Shown here: positions 8,242 to 18,585 of the stretch, in pieces
Layout of the letters: every line of letters starts with the position of its first letter
Numbering within the stretch: the first letter of the stretch is position 1
DNA from: Clostridium sp. CAG:524
Lineage (GTDB): Bacteria > Bacillota_I > Bacilli_A > RF39 > UBA660
Length of the DNA: 64,000 bases
Reading direction: 5' to 3'
Assembly (NCBI GenBank): GCA_000434555.1
Contig: FR880118.1
Coordinates: 133,885-197,884, forward strand
The notes under the pieces: generated by a model
What the model saw: only the letters and a program-made list of their open reading frames with translations
Databases searched by the model: none
What the model was told of the DNA's origin: nothing
Translations under genes and position numbers: made by a program

Positions 8242-8792
8242 ATTTCTACCTCATCTCCTGTTTCTATATTAAGAGATTCTGCTACATCTTTATTAATATG
8301 CATTTCAAGTACACATGTTTCATCACTTTTAATATGTACGTCTTCAATAATAAGACCACTATCTGTTTTAACTTTTACAATTTCATCATTAGAAACATTA
8401 AAATTAATTAAGTCTTCACTACTCATATGAATATGTGTATTAGAAACAACAACCATACTTTTAGCTTCATACTCACCTTTTGGTCCAACAATAGTTAATG
8501 TTCCACTATTATTTAAGTCTCCACTTTTTCTAGTTGGCGCATTAATACAAAAGTAATCATTATCCCTATCTAATAATTCAACTTGAGTATATTTTCTACA
8601 AGGTCCTATTATTCTTACATGTTCAAGTATTTTATCATCTTTTTTAAGAGTTACTGTTTCTTCACATGCATATTGTCCTTTTTGAATTAAATCTCTTTTT
8701 TTAGTAAGTTCATAATCTTTACCAAATAATACTTCCAATGCTTCATGTGTTAAATGTACATGATGATTAGATACCCCTATTTTAATTTTCAT
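8235..8792 (-). CDS. pduL: PduL-type phosphate propanoyl/acetyl-transferase (phosphotransacylase)
   Basis: Both PduL repeats present: GVSNHHVHLT...QKGQYACEETVTL...VRIIGPCR and SNTHIHMS...LEMHINKDVAES. These align along the length of Salmonella PduL (GVSNRHVHLS / AQRHIHMS / LEMHIDTDEA). Confidence 0.8.
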   Translation of the reverse strand: MKIKIGVSNHHVHLTHEALEVLFGKDYELTKKRDLIQKGQYACEETVTLKKDDKILEHVRIIGPCRKYTQVELLDRDNDYFCINAPTRKSGDLNNSGTLTIVGPKGEYEAKSMVVVSNTHIHMSSEDLINFNVSNDEIVKVKTDSGLIIEDVHIKSDETCVLEMHINKDVAESLNIETGDEVEIC

Positions 8793-8859
8793 TGTTAACC
8801 TCCACTTTCATTATAAATTATTTATAAACTTTTTTAAAGAGTTATGCTATAATATTCAT

Positions 8860-9351
8860 ATGAAAATATATATGAGAGTTATGAGAACAATTCAAGCTAT
8901 TATTATAGTATCGTACATAATTATTTTAAGCGCGGTAGCTTTTACATATATAAATAAATATATCTATCATAAAGACTATGCTACTGTTCTTGATTATTCA
9001 TACTTTCCTATATATGATGATGGTATGAGTCCAATTTATAAAACAGGTGATATTGCTCTTATATATACTAAAGATGGCACTTATAATATTGGCGATATTA
9101 TATGCTATAAATATGGTAATAAATATGTAGTCAAAAAGATAGATAATATAGAAGGACTTAAATACACTACTAAAGGTAATAATGATAATCTAGTTCACAA
9201 TATAAATTATGGCGCTATAGTTGGAAAAGCTAAATTCAGTTTAAAATCAATGTACAAGATATTTAAAGTAATGATTAATCCATTTGTAATGGTCTCTATT
9301 CTTTTATTTAACTTTGCTATTACATATTTATATAAAACTAATAAAAAATAA
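8860..9351 (+). CDS. Signal peptidase I-like (S26 family, SipW/archaeal-type)
   Basis: N-terminal TM anchor. DGMSPIYKTGDIALI resembles box B (SM.PT..GD). YVVKKI resembles box D. KGNNDNL resembles box E (GDN). Confidence 0.5.
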   Translation: MKIYMRVMRTIQAIIIVSYIIILSAVAFTYINKYIYHKDYATVLDYSYFPIYDDGMSPIYKTGDIALIYTKDGTYNIGDIICYKYGNKYVVKKIDNIEGLKYTTKGNNDNLVHNINYGAIVGKAKFSLKSMYKIFKVMINPFVMVSILLFNFAITYLYKTNKK

Positions 9352-9403
9352 TCACAATTACTTATTTTAATCATTAAATAATACTAGTAAAGGAGATGAC
9401 TAT

Positions 9404-9739
9404 ATGAATGGTAGTTATTATCAAACACCAGTATTTATTAATGATATAGAAAGAGATACTAATAATCCAATTATTGATAATTTTAATAATTCTAATGAGC
9501 CTATTGAACAAAGCTATATAGAAAACATTCTTAGAAACAATATTGGAAAAAAAGTAAGAGTGCATGCATCATTTTCAGATTCTGTTGAATGGAGAGATAG
9601 AATATTTGTAGGTTTAATTGAACACGCAGGACGTGATAACTTAATTATCAATGACGTAGAAAATAATAAAAGTTATTTAATTCTAATGATATATGTTGAC
9701 TTTGTAGAATTTGATGAAAAAATTACATATGCAAAATAG
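9404..9739 (+). CDS. GerQ-like spore coat protein domain protein
   Basis: EQSYIENILRNNIGKKVRVHASFSDSVEWRDRIFVGLIEHAGRDNLIINDVENNKSYLILMIYVDFVEFDE is highly reminiscent of the GerQ/YwdL C-terminal domain. AAAGGAGATG RBS. Confidence 0.45.
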   Translation: MNGSYYQTPVFINDIERDTNNPIIDNFNNSNEPIEQSYIENILRNNIGKKVRVHASFSDSVEWRDRIFVGLIEHAGRDNLIINDVENNKSYLILMIYVDFVEFDEKITYAK

Positions 9740-9782
9740 TCTTTTAAATAACATCAATTTTTGATATAATATTACGTAGGAT

Positions 9783-10349
9783 GTGATAATAATGAATACA
9801 TTAAATGTAATAGCATTAATACTTGTAATACTAATAGTTCTTGTAATGTTAACTATTATATTATTTAAATATCATGCTGAAAAATTAAATAATATTAAAG
9901 ATTTACTTGATGATAGTGAAAAAGAATGCATAGATGAACTTAAACGTAAAAATGAAATAATATCTAAAATGATAAAAGTTGCGACTAGTAAATTTAAATG
10001 TGAAAGTACTGCTTTTGATGAAGTTAAGGATTTAGAAATAGATAATTTAGATTCATTTAAAGATGAAAAGAAATTAATTAAGTGCTACGAAGAATTAGTT
10101 CATGTTATAGAAGATAATCCTAAATCTAAAGATCTTAAAACTTTAAAAGATTATGTTAAGAAATATGAAAATAATGATTTAAAAATAGTTTCTATTAGAA
10201 CTTATTATAATAAATATACTTTACAATATAATAATATGATTAAAAAATTTCCTTACAATATTATTTCTAAAATTAGGAAATTGAAAATTAGAAATATTAT
10301 TGAAGGAAAAGAATTAGATATTAATTTTAATAATGATTTGGAAGTGTAA
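9783..10349 (+). CDS. LemA-family membrane protein
   Basis: N-terminal TM helix. C-terminal YNKYTLQYNNMIKKFPYNIIS matches the LemA YN..V..YN..I..FP.NIIA signature. Confidence 0.5.
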   Translation: MIIMNTLNVIALILVILIVLVMLTIILFKYHAEKLNNIKDLLDDSEKECIDELKRKNEIISKMIKVATSKFKCESTAFDEVKDLEIDNLDSFKDEKKLIKCYEELVHVIEDNPKSKDLKTLKDYVKKYENNDLKIVSIRTYYNKYTLQYNNMIKKFPYNIISKIRKLKIRNIIEGKELDINFNNDLEV

Positions 10350-11007
10350 AATTCACTTCTTTTATATTGTGTGCTTTTAAAAAATTATTTGCTTTACTAA
10401 ATGGTTTACTTCCAAAAAATCCGTTTCTAGCAGAAAAAGGACTTGGATGAGTACTTTCTATTACAAGATGATTTTTATTTGTTATGAATGCTTTTTTAGC
10501 ACGAGCAAAGTTACCCCACAATATAAATACTGTTGGTGTATTTCTTTCATTTAATAGTTTTATTATATGGTCTGTAAGTAGGTTCCATCCAAGGTCTTTA
10601 TGTGATGCTGGCATATCTTTTCTAACTGTTAATACTGAGTTTAATAAAAGTACACCTTCTTTAGCCCATGGTGTTAAATCTCCACTACTATCATTCTTAA
10701 TCCCTAAGTCATCATAAAGTTCTTTAAATATATTTTGTAAACTTGGTGGTAACTTTACACCTTCTTGTACACTAAAAGAAAGTCCATGTGCTTCACCTTC
10801 TCCATGATATGGATCTTGACCTAATATAACTATTTTAACATTATTATATGGTGTTAGTTTTAATGCATTAAATATATTGTTATATTCTGGATAACATGTA
10901 TGTGTTTTATATTCTTCTTTTACAATATTCATAAATTTATGAAATCCTGGACTCTTCCATACAGGTTCTAAAACAGTATCCCAATCATTACCTATCACAT
11001 TAATCAC
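10327..11007 (-). CDS. ung: Uracil-DNA glycosylase (family 1)
   Basis: Motifs LGQDPYHGEGEAHGLSFSV (water-activating loop), GVLLLNSVLTV, HPSPFSA (His-containing C-terminal motif). Probable GTG start overlapping the upstream gene's stop. Confidence 0.9.
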   Translation of the reverse strand: MINVIGNDWDTVLEPVWKSPGFHKFMNIVKEEYKTHTCYPEYNNIFNALKLTPYNNVKIVILGQDPYHGEGEAHGLSFSVQEGVKLPPSLQNIFKELYDDLGIKNDSSGDLTPWAKEGVLLLNSVLTVRKDMPASHKDLGWNLLTDHIIKLLNERNTPTVFILWGNFARAKKAFITNKNHLVIESTHPSPFSARNGFFGSKPFSKANNFLKAHNIKEVNFTLPNHY

Positions 11008-12175
11008 TTCCTAGTGACTTAATTATACTATAAGAATTAATTATAATCATTATAAATATTAAATTATCTAAATATTTCCATATAAAGAAATTATTAATTA
11101 TTATTCCAGATAGTGTTACAACTATAAATAGTAATTTAAATATATTAAGAATCAATTTAGATTTAGTTAAATATTCAATATTAGTTTTACCTATATAAAA
11201 TCCACTTAATATAGTAGTAAATCCAAATAAGATAATAATTATTATTAAAAATAATGTTCCAATACTTCCATAAGTCGTATGAAATATATTATTTATAAGT
11301 AAATTATAATCATTTATGATAGGATTATTATAAATATATATTAATATAAGAGAACTTATTAGAAGAGTCATTGTTATTGTTATAAAAAAAATTGACAATA
11401 TTTGATATTTAATACTTATATTTATATCATTTTTATCAGTTGATGCGCTAAGAGATGTAGTACCTATCAATAATTCATTCATAAATATGCTTCTCTTTAT
11501 ACCAATAATCATACCGCATAATATCGATTTAATACTGAATATGTCTTTTAGATAAACTTCTATAGATGAAAACAATATATCATAATTACTAATAATTCCA
11601 TAAAGACAAATAATTATAAAGAATAAACACATTATTGGTACTATCTTATTCATAATATTTAATATTTCTTTTATTTTTAGATTAATTGTCACTAAAAGAA
11701 TAATTAGAAAAACTATCAATATTAACTTTTTACTTATGTTAACATTTAATAATATCATATTACTTATTGTATTCATTTGTATCATTTGAAACATAAATGT
11801 GTAAATTAATAATAAAAGTATAAGTGATATAAAACTAAGTAACTTGTTTTTAACGATAAAGTTTGGCCCACCTATATAATCATTATTAAGTTTAACTCTA
11901 TTTTTTCTTCCAAGATATGCTTCATAATAAATAATTGATGTGGTTAAAATAGAAAATAATATTATCCATATCACAGATGAAAATCCACCTATTATTATTG
12001 ATGATGTAGTACCTATTATTGAACCTACTCCTACTTTAGTACCAAGTGTTAAATATAAAGATGTTTTATCATTTCTAAATAATTCTTTAATGTTAATTTT
12101 ATAATTTTGAAACTTTAATTTTACTGATAAATAAACTGAAAAACAAAATAAAAATATTATTAATATTGTCCACAT
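11000..12175 (-). CDS. Sodium:alanine symporter (AGCS)-like membrane transporter, short form
   Basis: LGTKVGVGSIIGTTSSIIIGGFSSVIWIIL resembles the AGCS signature (GTGNIAGVA.AI..GGPGA.FWMW). Multiple TM helices, 391 aa. Confidence 0.45.
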   Translation of the reverse strand: MWTILIIFLFCFSVYLSVKLKFQNYKINIKELFRNDKTSLYLTLGTKVGVGSIIGTTSSIIIGGFSSVIWIILFSILTTSIIYYEAYLGRKNRVKLNNDYIGGPNFIVKNKLLSFISLILLLLIYTFMFQMIQMNTISNMILLNVNISKKLILIVFLIILLVTINLKIKEILNIMNKIVPIMCLFFIIICLYGIISNYDILFSSIEVYLKDIFSIKSILCGMIIGIKRSIFMNELLIGTTSLSASTDKNDINISIKYQILSIFFITITMTLLISSLILIYIYNNPIINDYNLLINNIFHTTYGSIGTLFLIIIIILFGFTTILSGFYIGKTNIEYLTKSKLILNIFKLLFIVVTLSGIIINNFFIWKYLDNLIFIMIIINSYSIIKSLGSD

Positions 12176-12198
12176 ACTAATAATATTTTATATTTATT

Positions 12199-12648
12199 TT
12201 ATTTATGATAAGTTTCATTATTTATTATTTTGAAACTTCTATATATTTGTTCTAATAATATACCTCTAAATAATCCATGAGGAAATGTAAGGTGTGAAAA
12301 TGATAATTTCATGTTACATTTATCTTTAACAATGTCTTTTATACCATCACTTCCACCTATAATAAATGTAATAGTGCCATATCCATTTATAAATGTATTA
12401 TTTATTAAATTAGATAATTCTACCGATGTATATTCTTTTCCATTTATATCCATACATATATTATAATCTTTATCGTTTAAATGACTTAATATTTCATTTG
12501 ATTCACTATCTATACCTCTATCTTTAAGTTCTATTATTTCTATTTTATGATATTTTGATATTCTAGTTTTATAATCATTTATTAAATGATTTAAATATTT
12601 TTCTTTTATTTTACCAACACATATTATTTTTATCATATTATTTACCAT
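12199..12648 (-). CDS. rlmH: 23S rRNA (pseudouridine1915-N3)-methyltransferase RlmH (SPOUT)
   Basis: MIKIICVGKIKEKYL...FIIGGSDGI...LSFSHLTFPHGLFRGILLEQIYRSFKI matches the RlmH/YbeA family end to end. Confidence 0.85.
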   Translation of the reverse strand: MVNNMIKIICVGKIKEKYLNHLINDYKTRISKYHKIEIIELKDRGIDSESNEILSHLNDKDYNICMDINGKEYTSVELSNLINNTFINGYGTITFIIGGSDGIKDIVKDKCNMKLSFSHLTFPHGLFRGILLEQIYRSFKIINNETYHK

Positions 12649-14125
12649 AACAAGGATAGGCAGTTTTATAGTATATTGAGAATGGATTTATATTGTTACC
12701 ATTTTTAAATACTCTAAAGTCAAGGTGCACTCCTGTTGCTGAACCTGTACGTCCCATGATACCTATTAATTGTCCTTTTTCTACATGGTCACCAACTTTA
12801 ACAAGTGATTTTGCTAAATGCATATATTGTGAAACATAATTATTAGCATGTTCTATCTTAATATTATTACCTGCTCCTTGGTGATATCCATTATCATTAA
12901 ATGCAGAAATAACTGTACCACTTTGTATAGCATATATATTTTTACTCTTAGTACCAGTTATATCAAGTGCTGCATGGAAATGATATTGTCCTCTTATTGG
13001 ATGGTTTCTATATTGATAACATGAACTAATTCTATATGGCTTACTTGTTGGCCATACCCAATATGTAGAGTTACCAACATAATAAACACCTTTAGCTCCA
13101 GCGACTACTATTTTTTTAGTTGGCTCTGTTATAACATCTTCACTAACCATTTGTGAATCTAAGATAACTCCATTTGATTCTTTAGTCGCATAAACTACTT
13201 TTGAAAGTCCATTTGAACCCTCTTGTTTAACATATGTTTCTTCTACTGATAATTTATTATCATATTGTATTTCAGTATCATATTCTACTTTTTGCATTTC
13301 TGTTTCAAATGATTCAACTATTATATTTGATACTGGTTCAATAGCTGCGACTGTTACTTCTTGTCCAACAGCTAGTAAAGCATTTTCACCTTTGATATCT
13401 GGATTTGCTACTAAAAAATCTTCTACACCAAGTTTATTATTATAAGCAATTGATTCAATTGTATCACTTGCTTTAACCTTATATGTTCCAGTTAAATTAG
13501 TAGTTCCAAATAAGAAATACATTTTTAAAGTATCTTTATCAGTTATTATATTTTCTTCTGTAGAAATATATGTTTTCTTAATACTTAAATCACTCTCAAA
13601 ATAAATATCAGTAATACTTCTACCCTCTTCATTACTATCTTTCTCAACACCATTTAAATAATTATTATATTCATCTTCTTTTACAAATGATAATACAGTA
13701 TTTTTAACAGCTTCATCAAGATCTTCTTTATGAAGTATATAAAACTTAGTCTTTTTATCGCCTTTTTTTACTGTTACTTCATATCCTTCTATTGTAAAAG
13801 GATCAATATCATTTATTTCATCATATATTTGTTCAGAAGTTTTAAGATTAGTTTTATATGTTAAAATTTTCTCAACTTCAAGTCCTTCTGGAGGATATAC
13901 TTTATCAACATTATATTTCTTTTTAATACCTTCTTGTTCTTTATCAATTAAATTATAAAGATCATCTTTTGAATTGATTAATCCTATCTTTTGACCACCT
14001 AAATATACTTGATAGAATTCATTTATCTTATCTTTTTTAGGTTCAAAAGTAAGTGTCATATATATTACTAATAATGACACAAATAGTCCAAATATAATTT
14101 CAGATATTGATATTTTATTATTCAT
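12638..14125 (-). CDS. M23-family metallopeptidase with N-terminal membrane anchor
   Basis: C-terminal HFHAALDITG ... IKIEHANNYVSQYMHL ... GRTGSATGVHLDFRV is the H.xxD / HxH lysostaphin-type motif set. N-terminal TM segment. Confidence 0.75.
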   Translation of the reverse strand: MNNKISISEIIFGLFVSLLVIYMTLTFEPKKDKINEFYQVYLGGQKIGLINSKDDLYNLIDKEQEGIKKKYNVDKVYPPEGLEVEKILTYKTNLKTSEQIYDEINDIDPFTIEGYEVTVKKGDKKTKFYILHKEDLDEAVKNTVLSFVKEDEYNNYLNGVEKDSNEEGRSITDIYFESDLSIKKTYISTEENIITDKDTLKMYFLFGTTNLTGTYKVKASDTIESIAYNNKLGVEDFLVANPDIKGENALLAVGQEVTVAAIEPVSNIIVESFETEMQKVEYDTEIQYDNKLSVEETYVKQEGSNGLSKVVYATKESNGVILDSQMVSEDVITEPTKKIVVAGAKGVYYVGNSTYWVWPTSKPYRISSCYQYRNHPIRGQYHFHAALDITGTKSKNIYAIQSGTVISAFNDNGYHQGAGNNIKIEHANNYVSQYMHLAKSLVKVGDHVEKGQLIGIMGRTGSATGVHLDFRVFKNGNNINPFSIYYKTAYPCYGK

Positions 14126-15476
14126 TCTCTACTTCCTTATTTCTACTGGCATTTTCAAATGTACCTGTATTTAGTTGAAATATTAAATTAACACTTCCAG
14201 TTGAACCAGCTCTGTGTTTTGCTACTAAAAGTTCAATTGGTCTTCTTATATTACCATCATATTTACCATATTCTTCACTGTGAAGGAATAGTACTATATC
14301 GGCATCTTGTTCTATAGAACCTGATTCTCTTAAGTCTGATAATTTTGGCTTACTATCGTTACCTTTTCTTTGCTCAACGCTTCTTGATAATTGAGCAAGG
14401 GCGATTATTGGTACATCTAATTCCATGGCCATTTTCTTTATGTCACGGCTTATTTCACTAACTTCTTGTACTCTTTGACCAGCATATTTTGATGAACTTG
14501 ATAATAATTGTAAGTAATCTATTATAACTAAATCAAGACCATCATCTGAATTTTTAAGTTTTCTACATTTTCTTCTTATTTCACTTACTGTAAGACCACC
14601 TGAGTCATCAATATAAAATTTAATATCAGATAGTTCACTCATTGCTTCATTAAATTTTTGTCTATCATTTTGTTTAAGTCTTCCTGTTTTTAATACATCT
14701 CCATCAATTCTACCAACACATCCAAACATTCTTTTTGCAATTTCATCAGCACCCATTTCTAGTGAGAATAATGCTACTGAATTTTTGTTATTTATTGCTG
14801 CGTTTAATGCTACATTTAATGAAAATGCACTTTTTCCACAACCTGGTCTTCCTGCGATAATAATAACTTGTTTCTTTTGAAGTCCTCTAGTCATTTCATC
14901 AAAGTCATAATAACCAGTTCTAATTCCAGTATAGTCTGATTTTGTTTGAGCTAAAAGTTCAAGATTCTTTTGTACTTCAGGTAATATATCTTGTATCTTC
15001 TGCATATCTCTACCTAGTTTATCATTATAAACACCTAAGATATTTCTTTCAGCACTTTCAACAATATTCTCTATACTATCATCTTCATTATAACACTCTT
15101 CTTGTATTCTGTCAGCCTTCTCTATTAAATTACGTAAAACACTTTTTTCAAATATTATTTTAATATAATAATTTAAGTTAGCTGTTGATGGTACTGAATT
15201 TATTATTTCAGTAATATATTCTACCCCACCAACATCAGATAATAATTTATCTTTATCAAGTTCATTACATATTGTATTAACATCAACAGGTATATTGTTT
15301 TGATGTAATGTTCTCATTGCTTTATATATAGTTCTATTTTTTGGATCATAGAACATTTCTTCACTAACTTCATCCATAATTTTATCAAGCGCAGTTCTAT
15401 CTAAAAAACCACATCCTAAAACAGATATTTCAGCTTCTACATTTTGTGGTGTCTTTCTAAGTTCGTTTCTAGCCAT
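14118..15476 (-). CDS. dnaB: Replicative DNA helicase DnaB
   Basis: Walker A IIIAGRPGCGKSAFSLN, DnaB-type LVIIDYLQLL, C-terminal SRSVEQR arginine finger region. Classic rplI-dnaB arrangement. Confidence 0.9.
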   Translation of the reverse strand: MARNELRKTPQNVEAEISVLGCGFLDRTALDKIMDEVSEEMFYDPKNRTIYKAMRTLHQNNIPVDVNTICNELDKDKLLSDVGGVEYITEIINSVPSTANLNYYIKIIFEKSVLRNLIEKADRIQEECYNEDDSIENIVESAERNILGVYNDKLGRDMQKIQDILPEVQKNLELLAQTKSDYTGIRTGYYDFDEMTRGLQKKQVIIIAGRPGCGKSAFSLNVALNAAINNKNSVALFSLEMGADEIAKRMFGCVGRIDGDVLKTGRLKQNDRQKFNEAMSELSDIKFYIDDSGGLTVSEIRRKCRKLKNSDDGLDLVIIDYLQLLSSSSKYAGQRVQEVSEISRDIKKMAMELDVPIIALAQLSRSVEQRKGNDSKPKLSDLRESGSIEQDADIVLFLHSEEYGKYDGNIRRPIELLVAKHRAGSTGSVNLIFQLNTGTFENASRNKEVENE

Positions 15477-15486
15477 AAATACCTCC

Positions 15487-15927
15487 CTATAGGCTTGATA
15501 ATTTTACATTAATATTGAATGATACTTCTTTATGTAATACTATTGTTACACTATGTACTCCAAGAGTATTAATATCATTACTAATAATCACTTTCTTTTT
15601 ATCTATTTGATAACCCATCTTCTCAAGTTCTTCACTTATATTCTTAGAAGTAATACTTCCAAATACTTTTCCATTATTTCCTGTTTTAACTTTGAATTCT
15701 ATCTCTTTATTTTGAAGTTTATTTTTAATTTTATTGCATTCATCAATAAGAGCTTGTTCATTATCTTCTCTTTCTTTAATTTCACTCTTTAAAATGCTAG
15801 CTCCCTTATCAGTATAAGGTACTGCTAACCCTTCAGCTATTAAGAACTTAGCATATCCATCTTTAACATCTTTAATTTCATCCTTTTTTGCTTGTTTCTT
15901 AACATCTTTAATAAAAATAACTTTCAT
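15487..15927 (-). CDS. rplI: 50S ribosomal protein L9
   Basis: MKVIFIKDVKKQAKKDEIKDVKDGYAKFLIAEGLAVPYT is canonical L9. Start moved to the ATG preceded by GGAGGTG (the ORF track's upstream Met lacks an RBS). Confidence 0.9.
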   Translation of the reverse strand: MKVIFIKDVKKQAKKDEIKDVKDGYAKFLIAEGLAVPYTDKGASILKSEIKEREDNEQALIDECNKIKNKLQNKEIEFKVKTGNNGKVFGSITSKNISEELEKMGYQIDKKKVIISNDINTLGVHSVTIVLHKEVSFNINVKLSSL

Positions 15928-16043
15928 AAAATTCACCTCCAACATTTAATGTAAAAATATTATACCACAGAGAAAAGTAAAAAAGAAGTTGTAAATCGTT
16001 AAAAAATATTATATACTTATTATGGATACTAAGGAGGATTTTT

Positions 16044-17459
16044 ATGGATAATACTGAAACATTAAATAAACTAAAACAATTTGAATCTCTTATAAAAAAG
16101 TGTCTAACTGTTAAATTTGGAAAATTTTTACCTGAAAATAAAATAGCAATATTAAACTTTCAATCTTTTGTTGATGAAGAAATGATTAAACAATGTGGTG
16201 ATGACGATAACAAATTAAGAGGAGCAGTACTTAGAACTCTACTTGATAATATTGTTGATGTTAAATGTAAAAAGAGTTTAAAAGTTGAAGGTAAATTAGA
16301 AGAAATAGATTATGGAGAATATTTAGAAGAGGCTTTAGTTGAAGATTATGCTAGATATTTTTCACAAATGTATAAGTTTGGTATTGATATAAAACCAGAC
16401 ATGGAAGAACAATTAAAAGCAGTACAAGTATTAAAAGAAAAATTAGGTCAAGACTTTGATAAATTAGTTTTAAATAACGATGCTAATACGTTACTTGCAA
16501 TTGCTGGTAGCCCTGAACTAATTGCTAAAGCAGATGAAGATGCTATCAAAAGACATATAGATATGTTAAAAGAAGCAGATAGTATAAATGATAAAAATAC
16601 AAATGTTAATGAAAAACTACAAAATAGTTTTGAAAAAAAAGGTCAAATAAACATAATATATTTAAAAGGAAAACAATACGTTAAATATGTTGATAGTAAT
16701 GATGTAGTTCATTTAGTTGAAACTGAAAATGAGAAAAAAGTTTCCAAGCTATATAAAGAAAAAATAAAAGCAGTTGGTATTGGTAATAGAATTAATCCAG
16801 AAGATTTCTTTAAAGAATTAACTTCAATAACACCAGAAATAAACTTAACTGCTACAAAAGATGTAGAACCTGAATATGTTAATCATGAAGAAGTAAATAT
16901 GATATCATTTATACATAGTGCTTCACCTTATAGAGATGATATTAAAAAAGATAAAGTAACTCATAGTGATGATGCTAGTATACATGTTCTTGAAGGAAGT
17001 AATGACGTAGTAGTAACTGACATCGGATATAATGATACAGTTAAATCACAAGTAGTAGCAAGTAACAATAATGGCATTTCTGATAGTTTTTCAATGACTT
17101 CACCACAAAAAGCAGAAGATAACAGCGATATCATATTAAGTCCTGAAAAATATGAAGAACTATGTGAAAGTTTCAAAAGTGGTAAAAACTTAACATTAGA
17201 AGAATTAAGAGCACTTAAGAAATACGAAGAAATGTACATGAAAGAATATGGAAATGCACCTAAAGATAATGTCGGAACACAAGAAATTGAAGAAAAAAGA
17301 ATCGATTCGCTAGAAGAAGCAGGACCTGTTCTTAGAATGAATAGTGGTGATAAAAGATATGCAGGTTACACTAATAAATACTTTGTAGCTTACATAATAA
17401 TAATGACAATATGTATTGGAATAATATTAGGCGCAGCAATATTTAAAATATTACATTAA
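16044..17459 (+). CDS. Acidic hypothetical protein with C-terminal membrane anchor
   Basis: 471-aa ORF with AAGGAGG RBS. Single C-terminal TM (FVAYIIIMTICIGIILGAAIF). No recognisable domain. Confidence 0.45.
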   Translation: MDNTETLNKLKQFESLIKKCLTVKFGKFLPENKIAILNFQSFVDEEMIKQCGDDDNKLRGAVLRTLLDNIVDVKCKKSLKVEGKLEEIDYGEYLEEALVEDYARYFSQMYKFGIDIKPDMEEQLKAVQVLKEKLGQDFDKLVLNNDANTLLAIAGSPELIAKADEDAIKRHIDMLKEADSINDKNTNVNEKLQNSFEKKGQINIIYLKGKQYVKYVDSNDVVHLVETENEKKVSKLYKEKIKAVGIGNRINPEDFFKELTSITPEINLTATKDVEPEYVNHEEVNMISFIHSASPYRDDIKKDKVTHSDDASIHVLEGSNDVVVTDIGYNDTVKSQVVASNNNGISDSFSMTSPQKAEDNSDIILSPEKYEELCESFKSGKNLTLEELRALKKYEEMYMKEYGNAPKDNVGTQEIEEKRIDSLEEAGPVLRMNSGDKRYAGYTNKYFVAYIIIMTICIGIILGAAIFKILH

Positions 17460-17476
17460 AAAGAGTTAATAAAAAA

Positions 17477-17659
17477 TTAACTCTTTTTCTCTTGATATAC
17501 TATCATTGCCGAAAAACAATATACTTGTTCTTCTCCAAATATCGACACAGCAGTTCTAAATTGTATTTCGATTATCTCATTCAAAGTCGATTCTAAAAAT
17601 TCATTTACGCTCCTTTCTAAATCTTTTTCATGACTTTCATCAATTATTTTAACCTTCAT
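17477..17659 (-). CDS. Cse60-like small sporulation protein
   Basis: MKVKIIDESHEKDLERSVNEFLES...QVYCFSAMIVYQE resembles the Cse60/YteV family (KLFDEEHEKDLE..VNEFL...IYC.SA...Y). Start chosen at the ATG preceded by GGTGA. Confidence 0.5.
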   Translation of the reverse strand: MKVKIIDESHEKDLERSVNEFLESTLNEIIEIQFRTAVSIFGEEQVYCFSAMIVYQEKKS

Positions 17660-17715
17660 TTTATTCACCACTCATATTTTATAATAACGAACAAAAAAAT
17701 AATGTCGAATTAACA

Positions 17716-18585
17716 TTATTTTTTCTTTTTTTCTTCTTGAACTCTTTTTCTTATTTCATCAAGTATTATAGTATTAGTTTGTTCTATACCTTTATCAGTT
17801 TTCTTTTTATTTAAACAAAGCCCAATAACAAATATATATGCTAGTATATAAAACCATAAAAGTAACATAACTATATTAGCAAGATTACCATACACTATAT
17901 CATATCTTGCTACATTATTTATATAGTATGAATAAATAGCTGTTACTATCAACCATGATATTGCTGTAAACAAAGCACCTTTACTTGTGTATTTACTTGG
18001 TATTCTCTCATCAGGAGCAATTGTATACACAACTTTAATAATAAAATATACAACAAGTAAAGATACAGGAACTTGTAAAATAATATAAAGTGCCCCAACT
18101 AGCTTATCATGAGTAGTAAATATATCAGTAAACATACCTATTACAGTTAATATAGATTTACCAAGAAGTGGAACTATTACAATAAACGCAAATAGTGAAA
18201 TAATACATATTGCTAATATTATTGATTTAACTATTCTTTTAATTAAAGAAGCATTCTCTATATTAAATATTGTATTACTTGCTATTATAATCGCATTACA
18301 TCCATTTATAACAACAACTAATCCTAATATAATTGTCATTAATGAATCAGCAGTTAACTGTGATGTAAATATTGGTTGTAATAATTCAACAACACTATTT
18401 GGAAATGTACTTGTTAAGAAATTATTAACAGTATCCATAGGTAAATTAAATGTTGCTAAAATGTAAACTATCAGTGTCAATATAGGTATCATTGATAAAA
18501 AGAATGAGTATGCTAAATTTCCTGGCAATATACTCAATTCTTTTCCAAATATTAAATTATACAATTCAATAAACTTATCTTTCAT
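17716..18585 (-). CDS. YihY/BrkB-family membrane protein
   Basis: N-terminal LPGNLAYSFFLSMIPILTL matches the YihY (A.LAY..LLSLFP) signature. Six predicted TM helices. Confidence 0.65.
   Translation of the reverse strand: MKDKFIELYNLIFGKELSILPGNLAYSFFLSMIPILTLIVYILATFNLPMDTVNNFLTSTFPNSVVELLQPIFTSQLTADSLMTIILGLVVVINGCNAIIIASNTIFNIENASLIKRIVKSIILAICIISLFAFIVIVPLLGKSILTVIGMFTDIFTTHDKLVGALYIILQVPVSLLVVYFIIKVVYTIAPDERIPSKYTSKGALFTAISWLIVTAIYSYYINNVARYDIVYGNLANIVMLLLWFYILAYIFVIGLCLNKKKTDKGIEQTNTIILDEIRKRVQEEKKKK

Noticed and set aside
15928-15945. ORF-track start of rplI at 15945 (MLEVNF...), and similar upstream Met extensions for tsaE (54222), feoA (60605), the caspase-like gene (31577), Cse60 (17671) and the GroEL-like gene (43790).
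   Set aside because: In each case a downstream in-frame ATG has a much better Shine-Dalgarno sequence and yields the conserved family N-terminus. Upstream extensions lack RBS.
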